This document shows positions 10,754 through 21,285 of a DNA stretch of 61,930 bases, piece by piece. Position 1 is the stretch's first letter; every line of letters begins with the position of its first letter. The notes beneath the pieces are model-generated. The model was not told the origin of the DNA. It saw only the letters and a list, made by a program, of their open reading frames with translations, and ran no database searches. The DNA is from Rhodothermales bacterium (GTDB taxonomy: Bacteria; Bacteroidota; Rhodothermia; Rhodothermales; Bin80), in assembly GCA_022820435.1 (NCBI GenBank), contig JAJEFL010000191.1, positions 1-61,930 on the forward strand, given 5' to 3'. A program made the translations under genes and the position numbers.

Positions 10754-11147
10754 GCCGCGGGCGGACGGCGGGACTGGCAGCAGCCGAGAGCACGGCCTGC
10801 CTTCCACCGGTGGACAAATTTTTGCAGAGATGTGTCTTCCTGATTCGCAGAGTAAGGGCAGTTCTGTCGGTCCAACGTTTTGACCATGTTGTCCAATAAA
10901 CGGATTCAGGCACAGAGTCTCTTCAGGGGCAGGTAAAGGAATGCCGCTCCGCTGCCAGATTCTATACGGCTTAAATGCCGCAAGCCGAAATTCCCGCAGG
11001 ACAAGCGTGACAAAATTTCGGTGAGCGCGTATGATGGCCTGTGATCGGGGTTTTAATCTGAGGCAGCCAGCACAGAACGTAACGCTGCACAGATAAAAGT
11101 GAAACGGTGGAAGTAGGGAGTTAGACGGATCATGATTTGAACATAGA

Positions 11148-11675
11148 ATGGCCTTGAGCAAATTTAGTCCAACCCTTGTGAAGCGTGCTCAGGACGGCGA
11201 CGAAGCCGCCAGGAATTTACTCCTTGGACGGTTAGGGAAGGTGTTTAAGAATTACTTTCAGGCGAAAATCGGTAATCAGGCGGTTGCAGACGACTTGGTG
11301 CAGTGTTCGCTGTTGCGGGTTCATTCCGGCCTGGCTGCATTAAAACAGCCGGATAAGTTCAAAGCATTTGCAATGAAGGCGGCCCTGTTTGAACTGCATG
11401 ATTACTATCGGGGACGGCATTCGTCCAAGGAAAAGACCTATGAGCCGCAGATGCTTCCCGAAAAACAAAATTCATCGGATGAATGGTCCGGGAGCAAATT
11501 TGATGTAGAACGGGCGCTGGAGACGCTCACTCCACACGCCAGACGCATCCTGGAACTTCGTGAGCATGGATACAAATACAGAGAGATTGCCGAGATACTC
11601 GAAACGACCGAAACCGCCGTCAAAATGCAGGTCAAACGCGCGTTTGAGAAAATGAGATCTATATTTGCAGATTAG
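11148..11675 (+). CDS. ECF RNA polymerase sigma-70 factor
   Basis: AQDGDEAA, ADDLVQ (region 2) and YREIAEILETTETAVKMQVKRA (region 4); lies next to a FecR gene. Confidence 0.9.
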   Translation: MALSKFSPTLVKRAQDGDEAARNLLLGRLGKVFKNYFQAKIGNQAVADDLVQCSLLRVHSGLAALKQPDKFKAFAMKAALFELHDYYRGRHSSKEKTYEPQMLPEKQNSSDEWSGSKFDVERALETLTPHARRILELREHGYKYREIAEILETTETAVKMQVKRAFEKMRSIFAD

Positions 11676-11729
11676 CTGTTACCTTTCGTACCTTTCCTGC
11701 GTCCTAGGCGTACGGATCCCTGTTTTGGA

Positions 11730-12842
11730 ATGGACAAATCTGAGTTAATAAAAAAAGTGCTTTGTGAAGAAGCACTCACCGCCGAAGAAAGAAAGGCGCA
11801 CACCGAGAATCTGGAAGCGGATCCGCGGTTGGCGCGTTCGCTGGCGGGCTGGCAGCGGCTCCGGACCTCTCTGCGGAACCGAATTCCCAGCGCCCGTGAT
11901 TTTGTGCTCCATGCATTTGCACTTGGAGGGCATGCAGAGGATTTGAGTGATGAGGAGGCGCAAGAGGTAAGTGAGAAGTGGAAAAATCTTGATCCGGTGA
12001 TCCAGTCGCATCCAGGCTTTTCGGAAGTCTGCACTCAGATTGAACAGGATCGGGAAGATTTTCTTGAGTGCTGGGAAGCTGAGGATCAACCGTCCTTTTC
12101 CGGCGTGTTCCCGCTGCGGATGCCCCGAATGTCTCGGATCGCCGCCGCCATTACTGTGCTGGTGGTCTCTGCGATTACGGTTATTTTTTTGCTGAATCGG
12201 GGAGATACAACGCTCCAGATGGTGGACGCAGATCCAGGCGAATACGAGCGTGTCCTTCTTCCGGATGGCTCGGTTGCACATCTCAATGGACCGGCAACGC
12301 TCCAATTTGAGGATGGAGAGAGTTTTGCGCGTTCGGTCGCGCTGACGGGGAGCGCATTTTTTGACATTATGCATAAGCCGGATCAATTTTCGGTCCAGAC
12401 CGGGGAGGCGGTTGCCCGAGTGCTCGGTACACGCTTTGGAGTGCGTTCAATGAGTGGACTGACCCAGATTATTTTGGAGAGCGGACGGCTGGAGGTCGCT
12501 TCCATCACCAAAACCCCGCAGAGTGTTGTGCTTGTACCCGGACAGATGACGAGCGTAGCACAGGGAGCCACCACGCCAACTTCGCCCGTAAAGGTGAGTA
12601 TAGAAGATCAACTGGGATGGACCGGGTTTGTTTTTTTCAGGGAAACCCCGTTGCGGAAGGCGGCGGTCCTGCTTTCTTCAAGCCGAAGTGTGCGAGTTGA
12701 GGTGGCCCCGTCTCTGGTTAATGAAATGGTCACCGGCACTTTCGCGCCAGATATGACGGTGGAAGAGATCCTGAATGCACTTGCGCTTGCCCTGAATGCC
12801 AGAATTCTGTCCGAAGCGGGGACCTATCACATCGTTCCATAA
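11730..12842 (+). CDS. FecR-family anti-sigma/sensor protein
   Basis: Single transmembrane helix, then LPDGSVAHLN, LTGSAFFDI, VLGTRFGV and FRETPL. Confidence 0.88.
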   Translation: MDKSELIKKVLCEEALTAEERKAHTENLEADPRLARSLAGWQRLRTSLRNRIPSARDFVLHAFALGGHAEDLSDEEAQEVSEKWKNLDPVIQSHPGFSEVCTQIEQDREDFLECWEAEDQPSFSGVFPLRMPRMSRIAAAITVLVVSAITVIFLLNRGDTTLQMVDADPGEYERVLLPDGSVAHLNGPATLQFEDGESFARSVALTGSAFFDIMHKPDQFSVQTGEAVARVLGTRFGVRSMSGLTQIILESGRLEVASITKTPQSVVLVPGQMTSVAQGATTPTSPVKVSIEDQLGWTGFVFFRETPLRKAAVLLSSSRSVRVEVAPSLVNEMVTGTFAPDMTVEEILNALALALNARILSEAGTYHIVP

Positions 12843-12910
12843 GGGTCGGTTTGGAACATGAATGGCGGTAACGTGTAATGCGCACATGAAATGCACATTA
12901 CACTTCGGCA

Positions 12911-15580
12911 GTGTTTTTTTGGAAGCAATCCCTTTGTCTGTATCTGGTCGCGGTCTGTGCAGGTATTAGCCTGATAAGGACCTCCTGTGCTCAGGATATT
13001 TCGGTGGATATATCCGGAGAGACGCTCTCGCAGGCTCTGGATGACTTTGCAAGTTCATATCGCGTGAACCTTGTCTACGCCCGGCGGCAGGTAGACGGGC
13101 TTCGGGTTACATGTAGCTATCGCGGCACGGATCTGCAAGCCGCATTGATGTGCATTCTGTCTGGACAGAATCTTCGCGTGATCCGGTTAAAAAGGCGGCA
13201 GTATGTACTTGTGGACACGGATAGAGGAGAGTCTGAGAATTCCGCAGAAGTCCGTTTGGGGACGCTAAATGGATTTGTGGTGGATTCCCTGTCCAAAGAG
13301 ACGCTGCCGGGGGCGCACATATATCTGCCCAGACTTGCTATTGGTGGAGCAACCAATGAAGCGGGATACTATGCAATCCCATCCCTGCCGCCCGGTCAGT
13401 CTTATCAGGCAAGGATCTCCTTTCTGGGCTATACCCCCCTGGATACACTACTTGAAATTTCCGGAGAGCCAGCCACGATTCAACTGCGCCGTCAGACATT
13501 GGAGGGGAAAACCGTTCTGGTCAGTTCAGATCGCCGCATCCCGTATGAGGTAGCACCGGGTATTCGCCAGATTCCAGTGAACCGGATCAGTAAGCTGCCG
13601 GGTTTCCCTGGAGAGGCGGACCTGCTTCAATCTCTTCGCTGGCTTCCCAGTGTCCAGCGGGTACGCACCAATCAGGGGGGCTTGGTTGTTCGCGGTGGAG
13701 AGCCGGATCAGGTGCAGTATTTGATTGACGGTGCTCCCATCTATCACATGTGGCACATTGCAGGCCTGCTCTCAGTCTATCAGTCCGAAGCGTTCAAAGA
13801 TGTGCGGTTATACCGGGGGACCTTTCCGGCGGAGCACGGCGGGCGCCTGTCTGCAGTTCTGGATGCAGAACTGAAAGATGGGTCCATGGATCAGATCACA
13901 GGACTGGTCGGCGTAGGTCTGGTCAGTGCACGCGCATTTGTTGAGGGGCCAATCACGAAAAAACTGTCCTTTATGGTATCAGGACGGCGATCCTATCTGG
14001 ATCGGATTATTGGGCACACGCATGTGGTTATTGATGGGGGGGCACAGGATACCATGCGTACAGGTGTCTACCTGTATGATATCAGTACGAAACTGGCATG
14101 GCGCCCCTCTCCAAGGCAGCGGCTCACCGTGGGAATCTACGGGAGTTCGGATGATCTGGATATTCGGCTGCCGGTAGATCTGACCGCTTTGGGTTCCGCC
14201 AGTTCGATCCTTCCCCTAGGCAGTTGGTTACGCCCCTCAAATCTTTTTTTTGAGTTTGATACCCGATGGAGTAATCGCCTGATCAGTGCACGCTACCGGT
14301 ATCTGCACGCAGATCGTCTATTCGTGAGCGCAACATCGTATGCGACCTCCTATCGGGCGCATGAACGCATCTTTGTTCGTCCAACGACCAGTTCGTCCGT
14401 GAATTCGGAGTATGGGGTGAGTATACTGGATATTGGCGTGAAACTGGACATTGATTATTATCTCTCTCTGGCAAACCATATTCGGGCAGGCATCTCACTG
14501 GTCCAGCGTACCTTCTCCAGTGAATTAGATGCATTTATTTTGCAAACCAATATCATCTCCGAAAGTATAGATGAGGACAGTTCACTGGATAATACCGAGA
14601 TTATTCTGTACGCACAGAATACCTGGACTCCAACGCCCAGATTACAGATCCAGCCGGGAGTTCGTGTCAGTCAATTGCGGGGGCGTAAAGACTTTCGACT
14701 AAGCCCCCGTCTGGGCATTCAATATGACCTGAATCAGGCGAGTATCTGGGTGGCAACCGGTGTGAATGTACAGTATCTGCATCAGGTGCGGGATCGTTAC
14801 TCGGTACTGTATGATTTGATTTCCTACCGCTGGGTGCCTGCCAGCCGTTCCGTAAAGCCTTCCTACAGTTACCACGCCTCCGCGGGCGGCAGCATATTAT
14901 GGGGAACCTCCTTTACGGCAGATATAGGCCTTTACCTTCATCGGACACATGGGCTTTTACTTCCGCGGAATGAAGGGCAGAGCGGAGACAGGCTACTTGG
15001 CCCCGGTATTGAACTGGGTACGATACTCGGCCAGTATACCCGGGGGAAGGCAGTGGCACACGGACTGGAGGTCAATCTTCAGTATGAGCGGGGGAGTTCT
15101 CTCGTCTGGATCAGTTATGCTGCCGGCAGATCCCGCAGCCGAGCACCTGAACTCGGAGAAAGGCAGTTCCGTCCGGGACGGTTTGATGTCCCTCAGCAAT
15201 TTCAGATTGCCCTGCAGCGCACGAAAACAAAGTGGTCGTACGGGGTGAACGGGAACTGGCGCAGCGGGTATCCCGTTACAGTTCCCGAGGCCCGCTATGC
15301 AGTAGGGGATCCCCTGTCGGAAATACCAGAGCGGTTTCTTTACTTCCCCACCATTAATAATGGCCGATTGCCCGCATATATAAATTTCGGGGTACAGGGA
15401 GGCTATCAATTAAATGTGGGCAATGTGGCGGTGCAATTCCGGCTGGAAGTCAATAACATCACCTTTCGCCGGAATGTGATTGGGCGTGTATATGATCCCA
15501 CCCTCCCCGACGAGGTCTTCGTCACATCCAGAAAGGGACTCCCCCTGTATCCACTATTTGAAATCACTGCACGATTCTAG
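12911..15580 (+). CDS. TonB-dependent transducer-type receptor (STN-like N-terminus)
   Basis: TLSQALDDF N-terminal signalling domain; VRGGEPDQ...LIDG, FPAEHGGRLSAVLD; C-terminal Phe. Confidence 0.88.
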   Translation: MFFWKQSLCLYLVAVCAGISLIRTSCAQDISVDISGETLSQALDDFASSYRVNLVYARRQVDGLRVTCSYRGTDLQAALMCILSGQNLRVIRLKRRQYVLVDTDRGESENSAEVRLGTLNGFVVDSLSKETLPGAHIYLPRLAIGGATNEAGYYAIPSLPPGQSYQARISFLGYTPLDTLLEISGEPATIQLRRQTLEGKTVLVSSDRRIPYEVAPGIRQIPVNRISKLPGFPGEADLLQSLRWLPSVQRVRTNQGGLVVRGGEPDQVQYLIDGAPIYHMWHIAGLLSVYQSEAFKDVRLYRGTFPAEHGGRLSAVLDAELKDGSMDQITGLVGVGLVSARAFVEGPITKKLSFMVSGRRSYLDRIIGHTHVVIDGGAQDTMRTGVYLYDISTKLAWRPSPRQRLTVGIYGSSDDLDIRLPVDLTALGSASSILPLGSWLRPSNLFFEFDTRWSNRLISARYRYLHADRLFVSATSYATSYRAHERIFVRPTTSSSVNSEYGVSILDIGVKLDIDYYLSLANHIRAGISLVQRTFSSELDAFILQTNIISESIDEDSSLDNTEIILYAQNTWTPTPRLQIQPGVRVSQLRGRKDFRLSPRLGIQYDLNQASIWVATGVNVQYLHQVRDRYSVLYDLISYRWVPASRSVKPSYSYHASAGGSILWGTSFTADIGLYLHRTHGLLLPRNEGQSGDRLLGPGIELGTILGQYTRGKAVAHGLEVNLQYERGSSLVWISYAAGRSRSRAPELGERQFRPGRFDVPQQFQIALQRTKTKWSYGVNGNWRSGYPVTVPEARYAVGDPLSEIPERFLYFPTINNGRLPAYINFGVQGGYQLNVGNVAVQFRLEVNNITFRRNVIGRVYDPTLPDEVFVTSRKGLPLYPLFEITARF

Positions 15581-15582
15581 GG

Positions 15583-16482
15583 ATGAAGTTCAGGTGCCTG
15601 CTGCTTGCAAGTATGATTCTGGCCGGATGCGATGCCATTCAGCCAGAGGCGACTTCGCTTCTGGTTGTGGAAGCCTTTGTGGTGTCTGAGCGGCCGCTGC
15701 CTGCAATCACACTGAGGCAGGCAGTTCCCATTCAGGACCCCTATTATCTGGATGCGTCTACGGCGGCCACGGGTGCCCAGGTAGCACTCGTGATGCAGGG
15801 GGCGAATATCCCGTACACAATGCAGCGCCCCGGGGTGTACGTGCCGTTCGATTCGGTGTTGGCGGTTCCTGGGGCCGAACTTGAATTAAGGGTTGTATGG
15901 AATCATCAATCGGTCACCGCCCGGAGTCGAATTCCTCCGCGCATCTCTCTGGACAGCCTTGATATTGTGGTTTCGGACACTCCAATGCCCGGATTACTGT
16001 TGGAGTCGTTATTCATTGATCCATCCCTGGTGGATTCTCTGGGGCTGCGGGCGCTCGGTCAGATTGCGCAGGAAGGATTGATTCATCTCATAGAGGCGAC
16101 GCTGTACTGGGAGGGGAGTGCGACACGGGCCGGGGATGACTGGTGGATGCGATTGCAGCTGCTTCCCGCACTTGGAGGGGATCAGCGGCTCGGTAATTAT
16201 TTTTTGAGTCCAGAGGTGTTGCGGCGGGAAACCGAGATTCCCTATATCTATACAAGTTTTCGGTCCTGGTCGGGATCCTACGCGGTTCAGGTAACCAGCG
16301 AGACGGATCCCGTTCCCGCGCATGCTCTTCGGGTCAGTATTATCCGATGCACGCAGGCATACGCAGACTTTGTGTCGGGCAGTTTGAATCCAGGCGAGGT
16401 TGAGCCTCCATCTAATATTTCGGGGGGGCGCGGGATTTTTGCGGGGATCGCTCTGGATACAATGACCGTACAAATTCGATGA
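15583..16482 (+). CDS. DUF4249-like lipoprotein partner of the TBDR
   Basis: Lipobox LAGC, LVVEAF and PSNISGGRGIFAG; immediately downstream of the TBDR. Confidence 0.75.
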   Translation: MKFRCLLLASMILAGCDAIQPEATSLLVVEAFVVSERPLPAITLRQAVPIQDPYYLDASTAATGAQVALVMQGANIPYTMQRPGVYVPFDSVLAVPGAELELRVVWNHQSVTARSRIPPRISLDSLDIVVSDTPMPGLLLESLFIDPSLVDSLGLRALGQIAQEGLIHLIEATLYWEGSATRAGDDWWMRLQLLPALGGDQRLGNYFLSPEVLRRETEIPYIYTSFRSWSGSYAVQVTSETDPVPAHALRVSIIRCTQAYADFVSGSLNPGEVEPPSNISGGRGIFAGIALDTMTVQIR

Positions 16483-17162
16483 TGGGCAGCATGAAGAGAC
16501 ATTCCTGTAAGACCGGCACGATCACTGCATTAAGTCCACAGGCCGGGGATCGTAACCGGACCTCTGTCTTTATTGACGGAGAGTTTTCCTTTGGGATATT
16601 GACGGATCTGGTTGGTCAGAATAAATTATATGTAGGCAGAGAACTGGATGAAACGCAGATAAGGACCCTGTTGCGGGACGAAACGGTACTTCGGACAAGA
16701 TCCACAGCATTGGCTTATCTGGCGTATGCGCCGCGGACGGTTTACCAGATACGAAAATATTTAGTGGAGCGGGGATGCCCGGAGCACGACATTCAGCAGG
16801 TACTTCAGGATCTTATGGAACTCGGCTATTTGGATGACCGCAAGTATGCGACGGATTATGCGACTGCGCGGTTTAATCATAAGGGCTATGGGCCGGAGCG
16901 GATTCGCCGTGAATTGTCGGCGGACGGGGTTTCACCGGAGGATATTTCGGAGGCAATTAACGCCAATATCCCCCTGGAGGTCTTTGAGGAGCGTGCAAAA
17001 AGTATGGTGGAGCGATTTCAGGATCGGGTGCAGGGCAGCGGTCCGAAGCGAAAAAAGAAACTGATTGATTACCTGACAAGGCGGGGATACGGGTATACAA
17101 TGGCAAGGGAACTAGTTCAAGAGGTACTGTATCAAAGTGAGTCAGGTAAAAATCGCAGGTAA
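16479..17162 (+). CDS. recX: Regulatory protein RecX
   Basis: ALAYLAYAPRT, GYLDDRKYA, GPERIRREL and YLTRRGY. Confidence 0.88.
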   Translation: MMGSMKRHSCKTGTITALSPQAGDRNRTSVFIDGEFSFGILTDLVGQNKLYVGRELDETQIRTLLRDETVLRTRSTALAYLAYAPRTVYQIRKYLVERGCPEHDIQQVLQDLMELGYLDDRKYATDYATARFNHKGYGPERIRRELSADGVSPEDISEAINANIPLEVFEERAKSMVERFQDRVQGSGPKRKKKLIDYLTRRGYGYTMARELVQEVLYQSESGKNRR

Positions 17163-17910
17163 CGCACTACGGGATCATCTCGGCGGAGTCCAGCCTTCAG
17201 TTGCGATGATTTTGGGATCAGGGTGCGGAGCTGAACTGGACCATGTTCACTGGGAGTTTGCAGTTTCGGGCATTCCCGGATTCGTATCTCCTTCGGTTGC
17301 CGGACATCTAGGGCGGATCACCGCGGGAACCTTTGCAGGCCGGGAAGTGCTCTTAATTCAGGGGCGGGTTCACTGCTATGAGGGAATATCCATGGATCGT
17401 GTGACCTTTCAGGTAAGACTTATCCATGAATTGGGGATTCGAAACATTATTTTCATCAGTGCGGCAGGGGCAATACGGACAACATTGAACGCGGGCGAGA
17501 TGATGTTAGTGGAAGACCACATCTGTGCGCAACCCCTGACTGCAACTTATCGGACACGTTCGGTGTATGATGCGTTCTGGAGGGAGCGCGTGATTGAAGC
17601 TTGTAACGGTTCGCCTGTCTCCAGCGGTGTCTATGTTTGGACCATCGGGCCGAGTTATGAAACTCCAGCAGAGATTGCCGCATTTGAACGTAGAGGCGGG
17701 GACGCAGTTGGAATGAGTTTAGTACCCGAAGCGATGGAAGCTTCCGCTTTAGATATGCATGTGCTGGCAGCTACGGTGATCACCAACGGTGCGGCCGGTT
17801 TGGAGGGCAGGGAGTTAAAGCACGAAGATGTTCTTCGTGCTGCCGGGGCTGCACATGCGAATCTTACAGATTTACTGATCAAAGCCGTAGTCCAGGCACC
17901 TCAGTTCTGA
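17137..17910 (+). CDS. punA: Purine-nucleoside phosphorylase (trimeric family)
   Basis: ILGSG, GH.G, QGRVHCYEG, GPSYETPAE, DAVGMS and ITN. Confidence 0.9.
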   Translation: MSQVKIAGNALRDHLGGVQPSVAMILGSGCGAELDHVHWEFAVSGIPGFVSPSVAGHLGRITAGTFAGREVLLIQGRVHCYEGISMDRVTFQVRLIHELGIRNIIFISAAGAIRTTLNAGEMMLVEDHICAQPLTATYRTRSVYDAFWRERVIEACNGSPVSSGVYVWTIGPSYETPAEIAAFERRGGDAVGMSLVPEAMEASALDMHVLAATVITNGAAGLEGRELKHEDVLRAAGAAHANLTDLLIKAVVQAPQF

Positions 17911-17969
17911 AAAAACAGTTAACTTACCGCTAACATGATATTTTTATCACAAAACCAAATTGCAGCGCA

Positions 17970-18329
17970 ATGAACGACGATTATGGGCATAGCAGTGGCG
18001 ATTGGGATGATGCGCCGCATTCAGGCAGAGAATCCCGGTACCGCGACGAAGTATTTTCAAGAAGGGTCCCCGCAGGGCGGCGTACCTATTTCTTCGATGT
18101 TAAGGCAACCCGCTCCGGTGAAGATTTTTTCATCGTCATCACCGAAAGCAAGCGGGTTGGTGAACATCGTCACGAGAAGCACAAGATTTTCGTGTACAAG
18201 GAAGACTTTGCCAAGTTTATGAGGGGCTTGTATGAGGCTATGGAGGATGTACGGACTGAACGTCTGCCTGACTACGAATTTTACGGCTACCCATCTGTTG
18301 ATTTTCCGCCGAGGGACGACGACAGATAA
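17970..18329 (+). CDS. PUR/DUF3276-family nucleic-acid-binding protein
   Basis: SRRVPAGRRTYFFDVKATR, ITESKR and KHKIFVYKEDF. Confidence 0.88.
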   Translation: MNDDYGHSSGDWDDAPHSGRESRYRDEVFSRRVPAGRRTYFFDVKATRSGEDFFIVITESKRVGEHRHEKHKIFVYKEDFAKFMRGLYEAMEDVRTERLPDYEFYGYPSVDFPPRDDDR

Positions 18330-18341
18330 CTTGATGGAGCC

Positions 18342-19607
18342 ATGATCCGCTTGATTGCACCTGATCAGTGGAGACGCAAGCCGGTCAGTTTGGATTCTGC
18401 ACTGGAAGCGCAGGTTGCAAAGGTGATCAAGAGGGTTGCAGAACATGGTGATGCGGCGCTCTTGGAGTACACGAGCCGGTTTGACCGTGTTCAGCCCAAG
18501 TCTATCGTGGTTCCCGCAGCGGCCATGGGAGCGGCATGGGAAGAAGCATCACCGGCGTGGCAGACCGCGTTCCAGAACGCTTCAAACAACATACGCCGGT
18601 TTCACACGCGGCAGTGCCGTGAGAGCTGGTATATGGACGACGGCGATGGGGTCCGTCTGGGGCAGCGCATTCTGCCGATAGATACTGCGGGTCTGTATGT
18701 GCCCGGTGGCACCGCGGCCTATCCGTCCAGTGTTTTGATGACCGCAATCCCTGCGCAGGTGGCCGGGGTCGGCAGTCTTCATCTTGCAAGCCCTCCGGAT
18801 CCCTCTACCGGACTCCCCCGACAGGAGGTGCTGGCCGCTGCCTGCGTGTTAGGGATTGAACATGTGTACGCAGTCGGCGGCGCACAGGCGATTGCCGCAT
18901 TCGCATTCGGGACGGAGTCCGTCCCCCGTGTGGACAAGATCGTCGGGCCCGGCAGCGCATATGTTACCGCCGCCAAGAAATTGGTCTATGGTCATGCAGA
19001 TATTGACAGCCTTGCCGGTCCCAGTGAACTGGTGGTGCTGGCGGACGCAACGGTCAGGCCGGACTGGATTGCCCTTGACCTGCTCGCTCAGGCCGAGCAC
19101 GACAGGCTTGCTTCCGCAATTCTGGTCACCCCGGACGAAGCGATTGCAAAAGCAGTTTGTCAGGCACTGGAAGAAGTGCTGCCGATGATTCCGCGCAGTG
19201 AGATTGCAGGTTCGGCACTCAGGGAACATGGGGTTGCCGTGATTGCTTCATCCATGGAGGAGGCAATCTGCATGGTGAATACCATTGCTCCGGAGCATTT
19301 GGAACTCATGGTGGCAGATGCATGGGAGGTTTTGGAGAAGATTCGTCATGCCGGTGCAGTCTTTGTCGGTCCCTGGTCTCCGGAGGCGGTCGGGGATTAC
19401 TATGCAGGCCCGAACCATGTGCTGCCGACAGGCGGAGCAGCAAGATTTTCATCGGCCCTGGGAGTTGACGATTTTATTCGGCAGCAGAGCGTGGTCGGCT
19501 ACAGTAAGCAGCGTTTGGGGAATGCTGTACATGAGATTGCTCTGATGGCACACAGTGAAGGGCTTCATGCACACGCACGCAGTATAGAAGTTCGGGTGGA
19601 AGATTGA
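18342..19607 (+). CDS. hisD: Histidinol dehydrogenase
   Basis: GLYVPGG, KIVGPG, AGPSE, QAEHD, APEHL and GPNHVLPT. Confidence 0.97.
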   Translation: MIRLIAPDQWRRKPVSLDSALEAQVAKVIKRVAEHGDAALLEYTSRFDRVQPKSIVVPAAAMGAAWEEASPAWQTAFQNASNNIRRFHTRQCRESWYMDDGDGVRLGQRILPIDTAGLYVPGGTAAYPSSVLMTAIPAQVAGVGSLHLASPPDPSTGLPRQEVLAAACVLGIEHVYAVGGAQAIAAFAFGTESVPRVDKIVGPGSAYVTAAKKLVYGHADIDSLAGPSELVVLADATVRPDWIALDLLAQAEHDRLASAILVTPDEAIAKAVCQALEEVLPMIPRSEIAGSALREHGVAVIASSMEEAICMVNTIAPEHLELMVADAWEVLEKIRHAGAVFVGPWSPEAVGDYYAGPNHVLPTGGAARFSSALGVDDFIRQQSVVGYSKQRLGNAVHEIALMAHSEGLHAHARSIEVRVED

Positions 19608-20701
19608 TGGCAATCACAAATCGCGCACTTCCACAGGTCAGGCGTGAAATCCAAAGGCAGCGACCGTACAAGGTCGGTGTCCCGTCTGGGCAGATCACGG
19701 TTAAACTCAATCAGAATGAAAGCCCATTTGATCTGCCGGATGAACTCAAGGAAGCGGTATTTGAGAACTGGAAAGAGATCGCCTTTCACCGGTATCCGCT
19801 GGAACAGCCGGATAAACTTGCAAAGTTGACTGCAGCGCAGATTGGATGGGACCCCGAAGGGATCATTATTGGGAACGGATCCAACGAACTGACTTATACG
19901 CTGGGATTAACCTTTATTGCACCCAATGCCAAAGTGGTACTGCCCCGCCCTATGTTTTCGTTTTATGAGCGGGTTGTAGATATTTTCGGGGGGACTGCGG
20001 TATCCATTGCTCCCCGGGAGAACCTGCAGTTTGACACCGAAGGGATTCTTCAGGCAGTGCAGCAGTCGGCTCCTGCAGCTGTGGTCATCACCTCGCCCAA
20101 TAATCCCACAGGCCTGGCACTTCCTCTGGCGGAGATTAAAAAGATTGCCGGAGCAGCACCGGGACTGGTGCTGATTGACGAAGCATATATAGAGTTTGCG
20201 GATGAACCAAGTATGTTGACAATATTGCGAGATTATCCGCATGTGATTCTTCTAAGAACATTCTCCAAGGCATTTGGCCTGGCGGGGATACGTATGGGCT
20301 ATCTTGTCGGGGATCCTGCATTAATGCGGGAGGTGATGAAGGTGCGGCCCCCGTTCATGATTGATCGCTTCAGTATTGCCGCAGTCAAAGCAGTTCTTTC
20401 GAAACCCCGATTGATTCGTGACCGGGTGGACCGGATTCGTTCCGAAACGAAGCGCTTAATTCAGGCGTTGCAGCGGATAAAAGGGGGGCATGTGCTTGCC
20501 GGACAGGCAAATTTTGTTACCTTTCGGGTTCCTGGCAACAGTAAAGAAATGTTTATGAAACTTGCAGAATGCGGTATCTTGGTCCGTGACATGAGCGGGT
20601 ATCCGGAATTGGCGGGGTTTTTGCGCGTGAGTGCAGGGACACCGGAAGAGAACAGTGCGTTTCTACATGCGTTAACGCAGTTATTGAGCATTACAGTCTG
20701 A
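19604..20701 (+). CDS. hisC: Histidinol-phosphate aminotransferase
   Basis: KLNQNE, GNGSNE, PNNPTG, DEAY and RTFSKAFGLAGIRMG; overlaps hisD. Confidence 0.93.
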   Translation: MMAITNRALPQVRREIQRQRPYKVGVPSGQITVKLNQNESPFDLPDELKEAVFENWKEIAFHRYPLEQPDKLAKLTAAQIGWDPEGIIIGNGSNELTYTLGLTFIAPNAKVVLPRPMFSFYERVVDIFGGTAVSIAPRENLQFDTEGILQAVQQSAPAAVVITSPNNPTGLALPLAEIKKIAGAAPGLVLIDEAYIEFADEPSMLTILRDYPHVILLRTFSKAFGLAGIRMGYLVGDPALMREVMKVRPPFMIDRFSIAAVKAVLSKPRLIRDRVDRIRSETKRLIQALQRIKGGHVLAGQANFVTFRVPGNSKEMFMKLAECGILVRDMSGYPELAGFLRVSAGTPEENSAFLHALTQLLSITV

Positions 20702-20706
20702 AAACG

Positions 20707-21273
20707 ATGGCAATGCAGGAAGAACTTATTCCAGTGGAAATTGTCGGGTTGTCAACCAGCCCCAGGAGTGGCGGTGCGTTTGTTTTGATGCTGGGAGAAA
20801 TATCTGGAACACGAAAACTCCCGGTCGTGGTCGGCGAAAATGAAGCCACCGCCATTGCAGTTGGTGTTGAGAAGAAAACCCCGCCCCGTCCTATGTCGCA
20901 TGATCTTCTGTGCAATCTGATGAGGCATGTGGGGGCAGAGGTGAGTGACATTCTGATTGACGGGTTGGCAGATGGCACTTTTTTCGCCAAAATTCGATTT
21001 TTTTTGAATGGAGAGCATCTTGCGCTGGATTCTCGTCCAAGTGATGCGGTTGCGATTGCAGTGCGTCTGGATGTGGACATTTTGGTGTCCGAATCCATCC
21101 TTGAAGAGGCGGGAATCCCATTAGGCGAAGGGGAGTCTGCCGCCCCTGTGGAGCCCGCGGTGCCGGCATCTCCAGTCGAACAGCTGGAAGCAAAACTTGC
21201 ACGGGCCATTGAGGAGGAGGATTATGAGGAAGCGGCACGGGTACGTGATGCTTTGGCGAAGTTGAGAGAGTAG
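20707..21273 (+). CDS. Bifunctional nuclease family (DUF151) protein with C-terminal UVR domain
   Basis: PPRPMSHDL, DSRPSDAVAIA and AIEEEDYEEAARVRD. Confidence 0.9.
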   Translation: MAMQEELIPVEIVGLSTSPRSGGAFVLMLGEISGTRKLPVVVGENEATAIAVGVEKKTPPRPMSHDLLCNLMRHVGAEVSDILIDGLADGTFFAKIRFFLNGEHLALDSRPSDAVAIAVRLDVDILVSESILEEAGIPLGEGESAAPVEPAVPASPVEQLEAKLARAIEEEDYEEAARVRDALAKLRE

Positions 21274-21285
21274 TTCAAGATCGGA

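Noticed and set aside
10694-11161. 155-aa minus-strand ORF between the TBDR and the sigma factor
   Set aside because: It runs through the terminator, overlaps both neighbours and shows no motif.
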